Source: Dehalococcoidia bacterium (lineage in GTDB: Bacteria > Chloroflexota > Dehalococcoidia > GIF9 > UBA5629). From it: DNA of 64,000 bases. This document shows positions 30,352 through 40,296 of this stretch, piece after piece; within the stretch, counting starts at the first letter, position 1, and each line of letters starts with the position of its first letter. The notes below the pieces were generated by a model. The model made no database searches, had not been told where the DNA came from, and saw only the letters and a program-made list of their open reading frames with translations. The position numbers and the translations under genes were made by a program. The stretch spans positions 25,007-89,006 of the forward strand of contig DAOTVU010000029.1 of NCBI GenBank assembly GCA_034436215.1, in the 5' to 3' direction.

Positions 30352-31191
30352 CTAAACCGGCTGGAAATTATCGAGAAGTTTGAAGATCTCAGGTATGACA
30401 AGTTTTGCCGCTTTATAGCCAGCTTCTAAAGCCTCGGCACCACGGTAGAACTCGTATGGCTGAATTGCACTTACATCAGGTTCAATCAATATGTCGGCCT
30501 TCAACAAATTGGCCCGTACTATGTTATATTCCATAATGTATATAGACTGTATTAGGGTATTAAACATACTCGGCAATTTATCGGATTTCTTATCGCCGGT
30601 TAGACCGAGTCGCGGTCTTTTTCGTGGATCATTAAGGACGTTAACCGCGATAATAAAATTGGCGCCCATGGATCTTACCACATCAGCAGGGACCGGATTA
30701 ACAGTACCACCGTCAACCAGATATAAACCGTTGAAATAAACGGGAATAAAAATAGCCGGTATAGATATACTGGCACGAACGGCTTTGATTAAAGGTCCGC
30801 TATCAATTATTACTTCATTGCCGGTCTTCAAATCGGTGGCCACAGCAGCATAGGGAATTAGGCAATCTTCAATATTCTTTTCACCGATAATAGTCTTTAA
30901 AAAATTTTCAACTCTTGTGCCGTGTAACAGACCGGTACGAATAAAGCTGAACTTCGGATCGAGTAGCCCGGTTAATTTTTTTAAATTGGAAGTTAATGCA
31001 ACTTCTTCCAGAAAATCGATATCGGCATTTGCCGCGTAGCAGGCGCCTACCAGAGCGCCCATACTTGTCCCCGCTATACATTCTATAGGGATATTGGCTT
31101 CACGCAGTGATTTTATTACTCCTATATGGGCTATGCCACGTGCTGCACCGCTTCCAAGGGCCAGTCCAATCTTAATTTTTAAATCATCCAT
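30352..31191 (-). CDS. patatin-like phospholipase
   Basis: Oxyanion loop GSGAARG, nucleophile elbow GTSMG and catalytic Asp context VDGG. Confidence 0.85.
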   Translation of the reverse strand: MDDLKIKIGLALGSGAARGIAHIGVIKSLREANIPIECIAGTSMGALVGACYAANADIDFLEEVALTSNLKKLTGLLDPKFSFIRTGLLHGTRVENFLKTIIGEKNIEDCLIPYAAVATDLKTGNEVIIDSGPLIKAVRASISIPAIFIPVYFNGLYLVDGGTVNPVPADVVRSMGANFIIAVNVLNDPRKRPRLGLTGDKKSDKLPSMFNTLIQSIYIMEYNIVRANLLKADILIEPDVSAIQPYEFYRGAEALEAGYKAAKLVIPEIFKLLDNFQPV

Positions 31192-31210
31192 GTTTAATTC
31201 ATAAATTTAA

Positions 31211-31299
<89 letters not shown>

Positions 31300-31313
31300 A
31301 GAAAATTGTTAAA

Positions 31314-31399
31314 TGGCGGAGAGGGTGGGATTCGAACCCACGAGGCTCTCGCCCACCGCTTTTCGAGAGCGGCGCCATAAACCACTCGGCCACCTCTCC
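31314..31399 (-). tRNA. tRNA-Ser (anticodon CGA)
   Basis: Hand-folded cloverleaf. Acceptor GGAGAGG, anticodon stem CCGCT/AGCGG and loop CTCGAAA. Long variable arm and encoded CCA. Its 3' 29 nt are identical to those of the neighbouring tRNA-Ser. Confidence 0.88.
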
Positions 31400-31571
31400 G
31401 GCCGTCAGTTCAATAATGATAAATTATATCATTCTAAATCCATCTCACAAATATAGCTAGCTAATAACAGATATGGAATGCAATCGGTTTTTCATTTACC
31501 GGTTACAACAATGATATAATTCTACTCTAATCTTGAAACGGGTAATCACGCATTAAGCAAGAAAATCAGCC

Positions 31572-34280
31572 ATGGATAATAATAAAAACAACTGGCATAG
31601 TTTAACAGCTAATGAAGTTATCAGCAAACTCGGTTCTCGTGAAACAGGATTAACTTCACAGGAAGCGAGATCGCGCCTCTCTCAATATGGCTACAACGAG
31701 ATTAAAGATGAATCAAAAAAGTCACCTTGGGTTCTACTAATTGAGCAATTTAAAAATCTTCTCATCATAATACTACTTATAGCTGTGGGGATTTCAGCCC
31801 TTTTAGGCGAAGTGACGGATGCCATTGTCATTTTTATCATCATTATTTTTGCTGCCGGGTTGGGGTTTATACAGGAATATCGAGCTGAAAAAGCTATACA
31901 GGCTTTAAAATTAATGGCCGCACCCAAAGCGTCCGTTTTACGGGATGGAGTTGAGGAAGAAATATCTGCCAGTGAATTGGTACCCGGGGACATTATCATC
32001 ATCCGTACAGGAGATAAAATACCTGCCGACGCACGTATTATTAATTCGATTAATTTGAAAACGGAGGAATCAGCTTTAACAGGGGAATCTGTGCCTGTTG
32101 ATAAAACAAGCGAGCCTGTCAATACTGAAGCATTGCTGGGGGAGCGCATCAATATGTTATTTATGGGCACGGTGGCGACTTACGGACACGGCTCTGCTAT
32201 TGTTGTCAGAACTGGTAGCAGTACCGAATTTGGTAAAATTGCCGATCTTTTAAAGGATGTTAAAGAGGAGAAAACTCCACTTCAGGTAAATCTGGACAAG
32301 ATGGGTAGGTGGATTGCCATAGCGGCTTTATGCCTTTGCTTTATCTTGGCAGCTTTAGGCATAGTCAGGGGGCATCCGCCACTAGAGATGCTTATATGGG
32401 GTGTCAGCCTAGCAGTAGCCGCTGTGCCGGAAGCTTTACCTGCCGTAGTTACCATCACACTTGCAATAGGTGTGAGCAGAATGGTCAGAAGACATGCACT
32501 TGTACGGAAGTTGCCTGCTGTAGAAACCCTTGGTTGTACAACTATAATCTGCTCGGACAAAACGGGAACTATGACTCAGGATCAAATGACACTGCGCAAA
32601 ATATGGGTAAATAACAAGGTTATCGATGTTACTGGAGCCGGATATGAACCTGTAGGTGAGTTTTATGTCGATAGCAATCGTATAGACCCTGCGGAAAACA
32701 GCTATCTTTTACTCTATCTTAGATCCGCTGTTTTATGTTCAGACACCAGGTTATTCAAAGATAATAATCAATGGAAGATAAAGGGTGATCCAACAGAAGG
32801 GGCCTTCATTGTAGCTGCTGCTAAAGCTGGCCTTGTGTACGATGAAATTCATTGCGGTTATACAAAAGTTGGTGAGATTCCATTTACATCGGAATCAAAA
32901 AGGATGACATTTATTTATGACGAGCAGGGAACTAAAGTTGCATACTCAAATGGTGCAGCTGAAGTTGTATTGGATTCCTGCGATTATATATATATGGACG
33001 GGAAAGAAATTCCATTGAATAGTGGGTACAGGGAAAATATTAAACAAATAATCCAACAATTTGCATCAAATGCTTTGCGGGTTCTGGGGACAGCCTATAA
33101 AAAAATATATCCAGAAGATAATATAAACGATTCACTGGATAAAGGAATGGTTTTGATAGGATTCGGTGGAATGATTGATCCACCTCGTCCCGAAGTGAAG
33201 GATTCAATTGAAACCTGCAAAAAAGCTGGAATAAAAACTGTTATGATAACCGGCGATCATAAACTTACAGCTATTGCAATCGCCAGAGAACTTGGAATAT
33301 TCACTGAAGGCATGGCACTTGCGGGTGCCGAAATGAATTCTATGAGCCAAGCTGATGTTGAAGCAAACATCGAAAAAATTGATGTGTATGCAAGAGTCTC
33401 ACCCGAACATAAATTAAGAATCGTTGAGGCCCTTGCTAAAAAGGGGCATGTTGTAGCCATGACTGGTGATGGTATTAATGATGCCCCTGCTTTAAAAAAA
33501 GCTGATATCGGTATAGCCATGGGTATTAAAGGGACGGATGTAACCAAAGAAGCGGCTGATATGATATTAACTGATGATAACTTTGCATCTATAGTGGCAG
33601 CCGTAGAAGAAGGACGAAATATTTTTGAAAATATTAAAAAATTTTTAATGTACTTAATTTCATCAAACATCGGTGAAATATTATTAATGGCTGTGGCTGT
33701 CTTATTTGGACCATTGATTGGGCTACCTGCTGGAGCTTTACCTCTAATTGCTATTCAGATACTGTATGTAAATCTGGCAACAGATGGATTACCGGCCATT
33801 GCCCTTTGTGTAGATCCTCCTGATCCTGATATCATGAAACGGAAGCCACGTCCACGTAATCAAAACATTTTTACACGTCCCGTAGTGCTATTGATGGCCA
33901 TCGGCGGTATATGGTCCTGCTTAATAAACATTGCGATTTTCAAGGGTGCACTCGATGCGGGGAAAAGTCTAATAGAAGCACAGGCTTATTGTTTTGCCAC
34001 TTTGATAATAATACAATTTTTTAAAGCGTATAATTACCGATCCGATATCAAATCGATATTCACCATAGGGATCTTTAAAAATAAATGGTTAAACCTTGCG
34101 GTTTTGTGGGAATTTACGCTGCTTGTATTGCTTTTTTATATTCCTCTATTGCAGCAGGTATTCAGGACATTTGCATTTAACCTCATAGATTGGACTATCG
34201 TATTGCTTTTATCTGTGTCTGTTTGTCCGATACTGGAATTAACGAAGGCTATTTTAAGGAAGTCCGGTAACAATCATTAG
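31572..34280 (+). CDS. cation-transporting P-type ATPase (P2-type, Ca2+/Mg2+-like)
   Basis: TGES actuator motif (LTGESVPV), phosphorylation site CSDKTGTMT, hinge TGDGINDAP and PEALP in TM4. It has the cation-ATPase N-terminal domain. Confidence 0.9.
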   Translation: MDNNKNNWHSLTANEVISKLGSRETGLTSQEARSRLSQYGYNEIKDESKKSPWVLLIEQFKNLLIIILLIAVGISALLGEVTDAIVIFIIIIFAAGLGFIQEYRAEKAIQALKLMAAPKASVLRDGVEEEISASELVPGDIIIIRTGDKIPADARIINSINLKTEESALTGESVPVDKTSEPVNTEALLGERINMLFMGTVATYGHGSAIVVRTGSSTEFGKIADLLKDVKEEKTPLQVNLDKMGRWIAIAALCLCFILAALGIVRGHPPLEMLIWGVSLAVAAVPEALPAVVTITLAIGVSRMVRRHALVRKLPAVETLGCTTIICSDKTGTMTQDQMTLRKIWVNNKVIDVTGAGYEPVGEFYVDSNRIDPAENSYLLLYLRSAVLCSDTRLFKDNNQWKIKGDPTEGAFIVAAAKAGLVYDEIHCGYTKVGEIPFTSESKRMTFIYDEQGTKVAYSNGAAEVVLDSCDYIYMDGKEIPLNSGYRENIKQIIQQFASNALRVLGTAYKKIYPEDNINDSLDKGMVLIGFGGMIDPPRPEVKDSIETCKKAGIKTVMITGDHKLTAIAIARELGIFTEGMALAGAEMNSMSQADVEANIEKIDVYARVSPEHKLRIVEALAKKGHVVAMTGDGINDAPALKKADIGIAMGIKGTDVTKEAADMILTDDNFASIVAAVEEGRNIFENIKKFLMYLISSNIGEILLMAVAVLFGPLIGLPAGALPLIAIQILYVNLATDGLPAIALCVDPPDPDIMKRKPRPRNQNIFTRPVVLLMAIGGIWSCLINIAIFKGALDAGKSLIEAQAYCFATLIIIQFFKAYNYRSDIKSIFTIGIFKNKWLNLAVLWEFTLLVLLFYIPLLQQVFRTFAFNLIDWTIVLLLSVSVCPILELTKAILRKSGNNH

Positions 34281-34311
34281 AACTGTCAATCATGTTTCAG
34301 GAGGATGGAAA

Positions 34312-34779
34312 ATGTATAAGAAAATACTTGTACCGCTGGATGGGTCTGCACTGGCTGAATGTGTTATTCCACATATTGAGTCAATTGCCAAACCATGGAA
34401 ATCTGATGTTGAACTGATAAGTGTGGTTGAACCAATAGAGATACCCACACGGGGGAAAATAGCCTTGGATGATGAAGATTTAAAACAGATTAATAACGAA
34501 TTGAAACAGGAAACGCACAAGTATCTTTTAAACGTAGCCAGAAGATTAGAAAACGCTGGTATTTCGGCGGAGTCAATTATAATCGTAGGCAAAACAGCTG
34601 AAAGTCTTATAGAATATGCTAACGATAACGATGTGGATTTAATCATTATGGCTACTCACGGTCGTTCGGGCATATCCAAATGGTTCTGGGGTAGTATAAC
34701 TGAAAAAGTGCTAAGAGCTGTTAATATACCGGTGCTTTTAATAAAAGCCACCGAGAGCTGTAAAGACAATAAAGAATGA
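34312..34779 (+). CDS. universal stress protein (UspA family)
   Basis: ILVPLDGS N-terminus and ATP-binding-type motif MATHGRSGISKWFWGSITEKV. RBS CAGGAGGA lies before ATG 34312. Confidence 0.88.
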   Translation: MYKKILVPLDGSALAECVIPHIESIAKPWKSDVELISVVEPIEIPTRGKIALDDEDLKQINNELKQETHKYLLNVARRLENAGISAESIIIVGKTAESLIEYANDNDVDLIIMATHGRSGISKWFWGSITEKVLRAVNIPVLLIKATESCKDNKE

Positions 34780-34780
34780 T

Positions 34781-34810
34781 TTGCATTATTTTTTTTAAAA
34801 TTGTTATACT
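34781..34810 (+). promoter_or_regulatory. sigma70-type promoter candidate upstream of tRNA-Arg (and possibly the por operon)
   Basis: TTGCAT (34781-86), an 18-nt spacer, then TGtTATACT (extended -10, TATACT at 34805-10). It lies about 50 nt upstream of the tRNA 5' end. Confidence 0.45.
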
Positions 34811-34863
34811 AAGCAATCTGTTGTATTTCCGGAGAGCCAGTTAAATTTATCGAAAGCGATTTT

Positions 34864-34935
<72 letters not shown>

Positions 34936-34980
34936 TATCCTATTTTTAAATATTAGTTGCTGTTCATAGTCTATTATAAT

Positions 34981-35865
34981 ATGAATGAAATTAATACAAT
35001 TGAAATCAGGTGGCATGGCAGAGGAGGTCAGGGTGCAGTTACCTCTGCCGAGCTAACGGCTCTTGCCGCTATCCATGAGAATAAATATGCTCAAGCTTTC
35101 CCCAGTTTTGGTCCCGAAAGACGTGGAGCACCGGTTTTGGCATTTAACAGAATATCCACTGACAGGCCAATACGTATAAGATCCAGTGTCTTACAACCTG
35201 ATATTGTAGTTGTACTTGATCCTGGTCTGGTGACTTTAATAAATGTTGTTGACGGACTAAAACCCGGCGGTGTACTGATAGTGAACAGTAACAAGAGTGT
35301 CGAAGAACTTAAAACCGAGTTCACTGGCAATTGGAAGCTGGCTGTTGTAGATGCTAGCTCAATAGCACGTAAATTACTCGGGGTAAATATAGTTAACACG
35401 ACTATGCTGGGGGCACTTGTCAGAGCTACAGATGTGGTAAATCTGGAGTCGCTTAAAGTGCCGATTGAAGAACGATTTGGAGCGCGTGGTGGAGCTAATT
35501 ATAACGCGTGTAAAATAGCCTATGATAATACTGTTATTGATAAAATCACGCCGCAGGGTACCAAAAAAAATAAAGTATTCCCGGTGGAAAAGTTGGCTAA
35601 ATGGAATGAGTTGCCTGTTGGATGCGTAGTTACCGATGTCGGTAATACCAAGCAATTCAGTACCGGGGACTGGAAATCACAGCATCCCGAATGGGATGAC
35701 AGAAAATGCATTAAATGCGGTATCTGTTATATCTTCTGCCCTGAAGGCTGCATAAAACAGCAGGATAATGGATATTTCAGGGCCAATATGTTTTACTGTA
35801 AAGGTTGTGGCATATGTGCCCATGAATGCTGGACCCGGGCCATTACAATGGTCGAGGAAGCTTAG
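34981..35865 (+). CDS. pyruvate:ferredoxin oxidoreductase gamma-delta fusion subunit
   Basis: Gamma-type N-terminus IRWHGRGGQGAVTSAE. The C-terminal delta-type domain has two ferredoxin-type cluster motifs, CIKCGICYIFCP and CKGCGICAHEC. I use ATG 34981 rather than the track start at 34957. Confidence 0.88.
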   Translation: MNEINTIEIRWHGRGGQGAVTSAELTALAAIHENKYAQAFPSFGPERRGAPVLAFNRISTDRPIRIRSSVLQPDIVVVLDPGLVTLINVVDGLKPGGVLIVNSNKSVEELKTEFTGNWKLAVVDASSIARKLLGVNIVNTTMLGALVRATDVVNLESLKVPIEERFGARGGANYNACKIAYDNTVIDKITPQGTKKNKVFPVEKLAKWNELPVGCVVTDVGNTKQFSTGDWKSQHPEWDDRKCIKCGICYIFCPEGCIKQQDNGYFRANMFYCKGCGICAHECWTRAITMVEEA

Positions 35866-35867
35866 AA

Positions 35868-37043
35868 ATGACTGAGAAGCGTATAGGTATTGAATCTTCA
35901 CTGGCTGTTGCTGAAGCTGTTAAGCTGGCGAACGTTGATGTTATTGCTGCATATCCTATTACCCCGCAAACGCATATAGTAGAGGGTTTAGCAGAGATGG
36001 TAGCTAATGGCCATCTGGATGCCGAATATATACCGGTTGAGTCTGAACATTCCGCTATGTCTGCCTGTCTGGGCGCTTCGGCCGTGGGTGCCAGAACCTT
36101 CACTGCGACCGCAAGCCAGGGATTAATTCTCATGCATGAGGTATTGATGGTAGCAGCATCACTTAGATTGCCTGTCGTCATGGCAGTTGCTAATCGGGCT
36201 TTATCAGGGCCATTGAATATCTGGGGAGACCATTCAGATGCTATGATTACTCGAGACGCTGGCTGGATTCAGATCTTCGTTGAAAATGGTCAGCAGGCTT
36301 TCGATATGATTCTCTGTGCCTATCGTATCGCCGAGCATAAGGACGTTTTATTGCCCGCTCTCATTAATATAGATGGATTTCATGTAACTCACGTGATAGA
36401 ACCCGTACATATTCTTGATCAAAAGACTGTTGATGAATTTATACCGCCTTATGTATACCCCAATCCGTTAGATCCGGATAAACCTGTAACTATGGGTTGC
36501 TTTGCAATGCCAAATCTGTACATGGAAACGAGAAAATCGCTGGACAATGCACTAAGACAATCCAAAAAAATAATTATTGAGACATGGAATAAATTTTCTG
36601 AAATTACCGGACGACACTATTATCCGGTGGAAAAATATAAGTCTGAAAATACAGATACAATATTGATCACAATGGGAAGTTACAGCGAAAATGCGATGCT
36701 TGCTATCGATGAGCTGCAGGATGAGGGTAAAAGTGTGGGATTAGTTCGATTGCGATTATGGCGCCCGTTTCCATCAGAAGAATTGTTTGAAGCTGTGAAA
36801 TCGGCTGAAAACATTATAGTTTTGGATAGAGCTATTTCCCTGGGTGGACCGGGGCCAGTATGTTCTGAGATTAAATCTGCTATGTATACACGGAATAAAA
36901 AGCCGAATATTATCAGTGTTATTGGTGGCCTCGGAGGAAGGGATATTTCACCGGAAGATTTTAAATCAATTATTGATATCGGACTGGAAAAGATTAAGGT
37001 AGGTAAAACTGAGCAAATGATCATGTTTGGAGTGCGGGAATAG
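35868..37043 (+). CDS. porA: pyruvate:ferredoxin oxidoreductase alpha subunit
   Basis: ATG 35868 lies 2 nt after the upstream TAG. N-terminus GIESSLAVAEAVKLANVDVIAAYPITPQT is typical of POR/VOR alpha subunits. Confidence 0.88.
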   Translation: MTEKRIGIESSLAVAEAVKLANVDVIAAYPITPQTHIVEGLAEMVANGHLDAEYIPVESEHSAMSACLGASAVGARTFTATASQGLILMHEVLMVAASLRLPVVMAVANRALSGPLNIWGDHSDAMITRDAGWIQIFVENGQQAFDMILCAYRIAEHKDVLLPALINIDGFHVTHVIEPVHILDQKTVDEFIPPYVYPNPLDPDKPVTMGCFAMPNLYMETRKSLDNALRQSKKIIIETWNKFSEITGRHYYPVEKYKSENTDTILITMGSYSENAMLAIDELQDEGKSVGLVRLRLWRPFPSEELFEAVKSAENIIVLDRAISLGGPGPVCSEIKSAMYTRNKKPNIISVIGGLGGRDISPEDFKSIIDIGLEKIKVGKTEQMIMFGVRE

Positions 37044-37975
37044 TGGAAACGCTGAGCATTTATGTACCCAGATTAGTAACCGGCAGCGAATATATCGCTT
37101 CCGGCCACCGTGCTTGTTCAGGCTGTGGGGAAGTACTGGCAGTGCGCTATGTATGTAAAGCTCTGGGAAGAAATACAATTATATCCAATGCTACTGGTTG
37201 TATGGAAATAATATCTTCGCCGCTGCCGCAATCTGCCTGGGAAGTTCCCTGGATACACACGCTTTTTGAAAATGCAGCGGCTGTAGCATCTGGTATTGAG
37301 TCTGGAATTAAAGCCTTAAAGCGCAAGCACGGCTATCAGAAAGAGGTAAAAGTGGTAGCAATGGGTGGTGATGGGGGTACAGCTGATATTGGTTTGCAGG
37401 CCTTATCAGGTGCGCTTGAAAGATGGCATGATTTTATTTATGTATGTTTTGATAACGAGGCATACATGAACACGGGTATCCAGCGTTCAAGCGAGACTCC
37501 TTTTGGAGCATCAACAACAACGGCACCTTCCGGTAAGTTAAGTATAGGTCAGCATACATGGAAGAAGAATATGGCTGCTATAGCTGCGGCCCATAATATA
37601 CCCTATGTAGCGACTTCTTGCTCGAGTTATCCTTTTGATATTATGCAGAAAATCGAAAAGGCAAAGAGAGTTAAGGGTCCTTCATATATACACATTCTAT
37701 CTGTATGCCCGACTGGCTGGCGATGCCCTTCAAATTTGAGTGTTAAAGTTGGCAGGTTAGCTGTAGAAACAGGCTTTTTCCCTTTGTATGAAATAGAAAA
37801 CGGGCAATATAAGCTGAGTATTGAATATCCAAAATTGAGGCCTGTTGAAGATTACTTAATGGCACAGGGAAGATTTCGCCATCTAACTAAGGAAAATATC
37901 GCCGATATTCAGGATAGAGTTAATCAAGAATATGCAAAACTAAAAAAGCTTTCATCCGGTTCGACAAAAAAATGA
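37043..37975 (+). CDS. porB: pyruvate:ferredoxin oxidoreductase beta subunit (TPP-binding)
   Basis: GTG 37043 overlaps the porA TAG. Motifs GHRACSGCGE (cluster-binding) and GGDGGTADIG...NEAYMNTG (TPP motif). Confidence 0.88.
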   Translation: METLSIYVPRLVTGSEYIASGHRACSGCGEVLAVRYVCKALGRNTIISNATGCMEIISSPLPQSAWEVPWIHTLFENAAAVASGIESGIKALKRKHGYQKEVKVVAMGGDGGTADIGLQALSGALERWHDFIYVCFDNEAYMNTGIQRSSETPFGASTTTAPSGKLSIGQHTWKKNMAAIAAAHNIPYVATSCSSYPFDIMQKIEKAKRVKGPSYIHILSVCPTGWRCPSNLSVKVGRLAVETGFFPLYEIENGQYKLSIEYPKLRPVEDYLMAQGRFRHLTKENIADIQDRVNQEYAKLKKLSSGSTKK

Positions 37976-38421
37976 ATGATAAAATTTCACAGATAATTAA
38001 AAAATACAATAAAGATAAAAGCCAGCTTGTATCAATTCTGCAGGATCTACAGGCGGAGTACAATTATTTACCCCGTAAAGAACTTGAGAAATTAAGCAAA
38101 AAACTCGACATTCCGCTCAGCCAAATATATAGTATGGCAACGTTCTTTAAAGCATTCAGCCTTAAAGAACGCGGCAAACATATTATTAATGTATGTTTGG
38201 GAACTGCCTGTCATGTTAGGGGCGCGGATTTAATACTAGAATCGTTAGAAAGACAGTTGCAGATTAAACGGGGTGAAACCACGGCAGACCGGAAGTTCAC
38301 ACTCGAATCGGTTAATTGTATGGGATGCTGTGCTACAGGTCCGGTTGTAAAAATAGATGATGAATACTTCGGACATATGACAAATGATAAAGTAGAGCCA
38401 ATGCTTAAAAATATTCAATGA
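37972..38421 (+). CDS. NuoE/HydC-like thioredoxin-fold [2Fe-2S] subunit
   Basis: Cluster ligand motifs CLGTACHVRG and CMGCCATGP. Its ATG overlaps the porB stop (ATGA). Confidence 0.85.
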   Translation: MNDKISQIIKKYNKDKSQLVSILQDLQAEYNYLPRKELEKLSKKLDIPLSQIYSMATFFKAFSLKERGKHIINVCLGTACHVRGADLILESLERQLQIKRGETTADRKFTLESVNCMGCCATGPVVKIDDEYFGHMTNDKVEPMLKNIQ

Positions 38422-38436
38422 TGTTGAATTTGTAAA

Positions 38437-40296
38437 ATGCCGAGAAAAATTAGATCACCCGAAGAATTAAAAAAGCTACAAATTGAGCTTGGTAGAAAAG
38501 CAAATAATGGCAAGGTGAAAATCTCTGTTTGTAATGGTACCGCCTGCCGTCCTTATGGGAGCAACCCCGTTGTGCAGGCATTTAAATCGGAAATAGAAAA
38601 AAGAGGGATATTTGATAAGGTTGATTTTAGAATTACCGGCTGCCATGGCTTTTGCGAGAGGGGCCCGGTAGCGGTTATTGAACCGGGTAATATTTTTTAC
38701 CAGAAGATTCGAACGGAAGATGTACCGGAGATAATAGATAAAACTGTGCTGAACAATCAGGTTCTGGACAGGTTACTGTTTAAGGATCCTGAATATAAAG
38801 GAGCTATTGAAAAATTATCCGAGGTTGGTTTTTACAAACATCAGAATCGTATACTTCTAGGTAACAATATCAAAATCGATCCGACTAATATAGAAGATTA
38901 TATAGCTATTGGTGGATATTCTGCCTTGGCTAAGGCTTTATTTGACCTGAGCCCCGAGCAAATTATCGATATGGTAAAACAATCGGGCCTTAGAGGAAGA
39001 GGGGGTGCCGGTTTTCCCACCGGCGCGAAATGGGAATCCTGCAAAAAAGCGCCTGGCGATATTAAATATGTTATAGTCAATGCGGATGAAGGTGATCCAG
39101 GAGCATATGCCAATGAAGGTTTATTGACCGGGAATCCGCACTGTGTACTTGAAGGGTTGATTATCGGAGCCTATGCAATAGGTTCACATCAAGGATATAT
39201 TTATGTCCGCAATGAATATCCGCTAGCTTTGAAACATATTACGGTAGCCATAGATGAAGCCAGGAAAATCGGTCTTTTAGGTGATAATATACTCGGTTCC
39301 GGATTTAATTTTAATGTTCGAATTAACCGCGGTGGTGGGGCATTTGTCTGTGGAGAATCGACAGCTTTAATGGCTTCGCTTGAGGGTAAACCCGGTGAAC
39401 CACGGGCTAAATATATACACACCGTTGAACGTGGATTATGGGATAGGCCCAGTGATTTGAACAACGTAGAAACATGGGCAAATATTCCCCTCATTATTAA
39501 TAATGGACCTGAATGGTTTGCCTCCATAGGTACAAAAGGCAATACGGGGACAAAGATATTCTCTCTGACAGGAAAGGTAAATAATACAGGATTGGTTGAA
39601 GTTCCACTCGGGATGAAGTTACGTGACATAATATTTAATATCGGCGGCGGCATAAGAAATAACAAAAAATTTAAAGCTGTTCAGACCGGTGGTCCCTCAG
39701 GCGGTTGCATACCTGAAAGACTTTTGGACTTACCGGTTAATTTTGATGAATTAACGAAAGCCGGTTCTATGATGGGATCGGGTGGTATGATTGTAATGGA
39801 TGAGGACAACTGCATGGTTGATGTTGCCCGTTACTTTTTGACCTTTCTGGAAGAAGAATCATGTGGTAAATGCGTTCCCTGTCGCGAGGGGATCAGAAGA
39901 ATGCGGCAGATTTTAAATGATATTTGTGAGGGCAATGGCCAGGAAAGTGATATAGATTTGCTTAAAGAACTGTCAAATCATCTAAAGGACAGCTCTTTAT
40001 GCGCCCTGGGCAGTTCTGCTCCTAACCCTGTTTTGACAACTATCGAGTATTTCCTCGATGAATATAAAGCGCATATTATAGATAAGAAATGTCCGGCAGG
40101 AGTATGTAAACAGTTAATTCGCTTTTTTATAATCGATGAAAAATGCCCCGGGTGCGGCTTATGTGTTAAAACCTGTCCAACGGGTGCCATCAAGTTTATG
40201 GGGAAAAAGAAACCTGTTGTTCTTGACCAGTCTAAATGCATTAAATGCAGAACTTGTTACGATATCTGTAAAATGGGAGCTGTAGGCATTGAGTGA
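38437..40296 (+). CDS. NuoF/HydB-like NAD(H)- and FMN-binding subunit with extra Fe-S domains
   Basis: GRGGAGFPTGAKW and ADEGDPGAY (FMN/NADH motifs), and ESCGKCVPCREG (N3-type cluster). It has an N-terminal thioredoxin-like 2Fe-2S domain (CNGTAC...CHGFCERGP). It also has C-terminal CPGCGLCVKTCP and CIKCRTCYDICK. Confidence 0.87.
   Translation: MPRKIRSPEELKKLQIELGRKANNGKVKISVCNGTACRPYGSNPVVQAFKSEIEKRGIFDKVDFRITGCHGFCERGPVAVIEPGNIFYQKIRTEDVPEIIDKTVLNNQVLDRLLFKDPEYKGAIEKLSEVGFYKHQNRILLGNNIKIDPTNIEDYIAIGGYSALAKALFDLSPEQIIDMVKQSGLRGRGGAGFPTGAKWESCKKAPGDIKYVIVNADEGDPGAYANEGLLTGNPHCVLEGLIIGAYAIGSHQGYIYVRNEYPLALKHITVAIDEARKIGLLGDNILGSGFNFNVRINRGGGAFVCGESTALMASLEGKPGEPRAKYIHTVERGLWDRPSDLNNVETWANIPLIINNGPEWFASIGTKGNTGTKIFSLTGKVNNTGLVEVPLGMKLRDIIFNIGGGIRNNKKFKAVQTGGPSGGCIPERLLDLPVNFDELTKAGSMMGSGGMIVMDEDNCMVDVARYFLTFLEEESCGKCVPCREGIRRMRQILNDICEGNGQESDIDLLKELSNHLKDSSLCALGSSAPNPVLTTIEYFLDEYKAHIIDKKCPAGVCKQLIRFFIIDEKCPGCGLCVKTCPTGAIKFMGKKKPVVLDQSKCIKCRTCYDICKMGAVGIE

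Noticed and set aside
31691-32170. 159-aa antisense ORF inside the P-type ATPase gene, with others at 32282-32560 and 33257-33670
   Set aside because: These are shadow ORFs opposite a confidently identified gene. They have Ser/Ala/Ile-rich composition and no RBS or recognisable motif.
35091-37178. Multiple antisense ORFs (60-114 aa) within the por genes, and similar ones within the nuoF-like gene at 38898-40241
   Set aside because: They lie opposite genes with clear cofactor motifs. This is typical shadow-frame behaviour.
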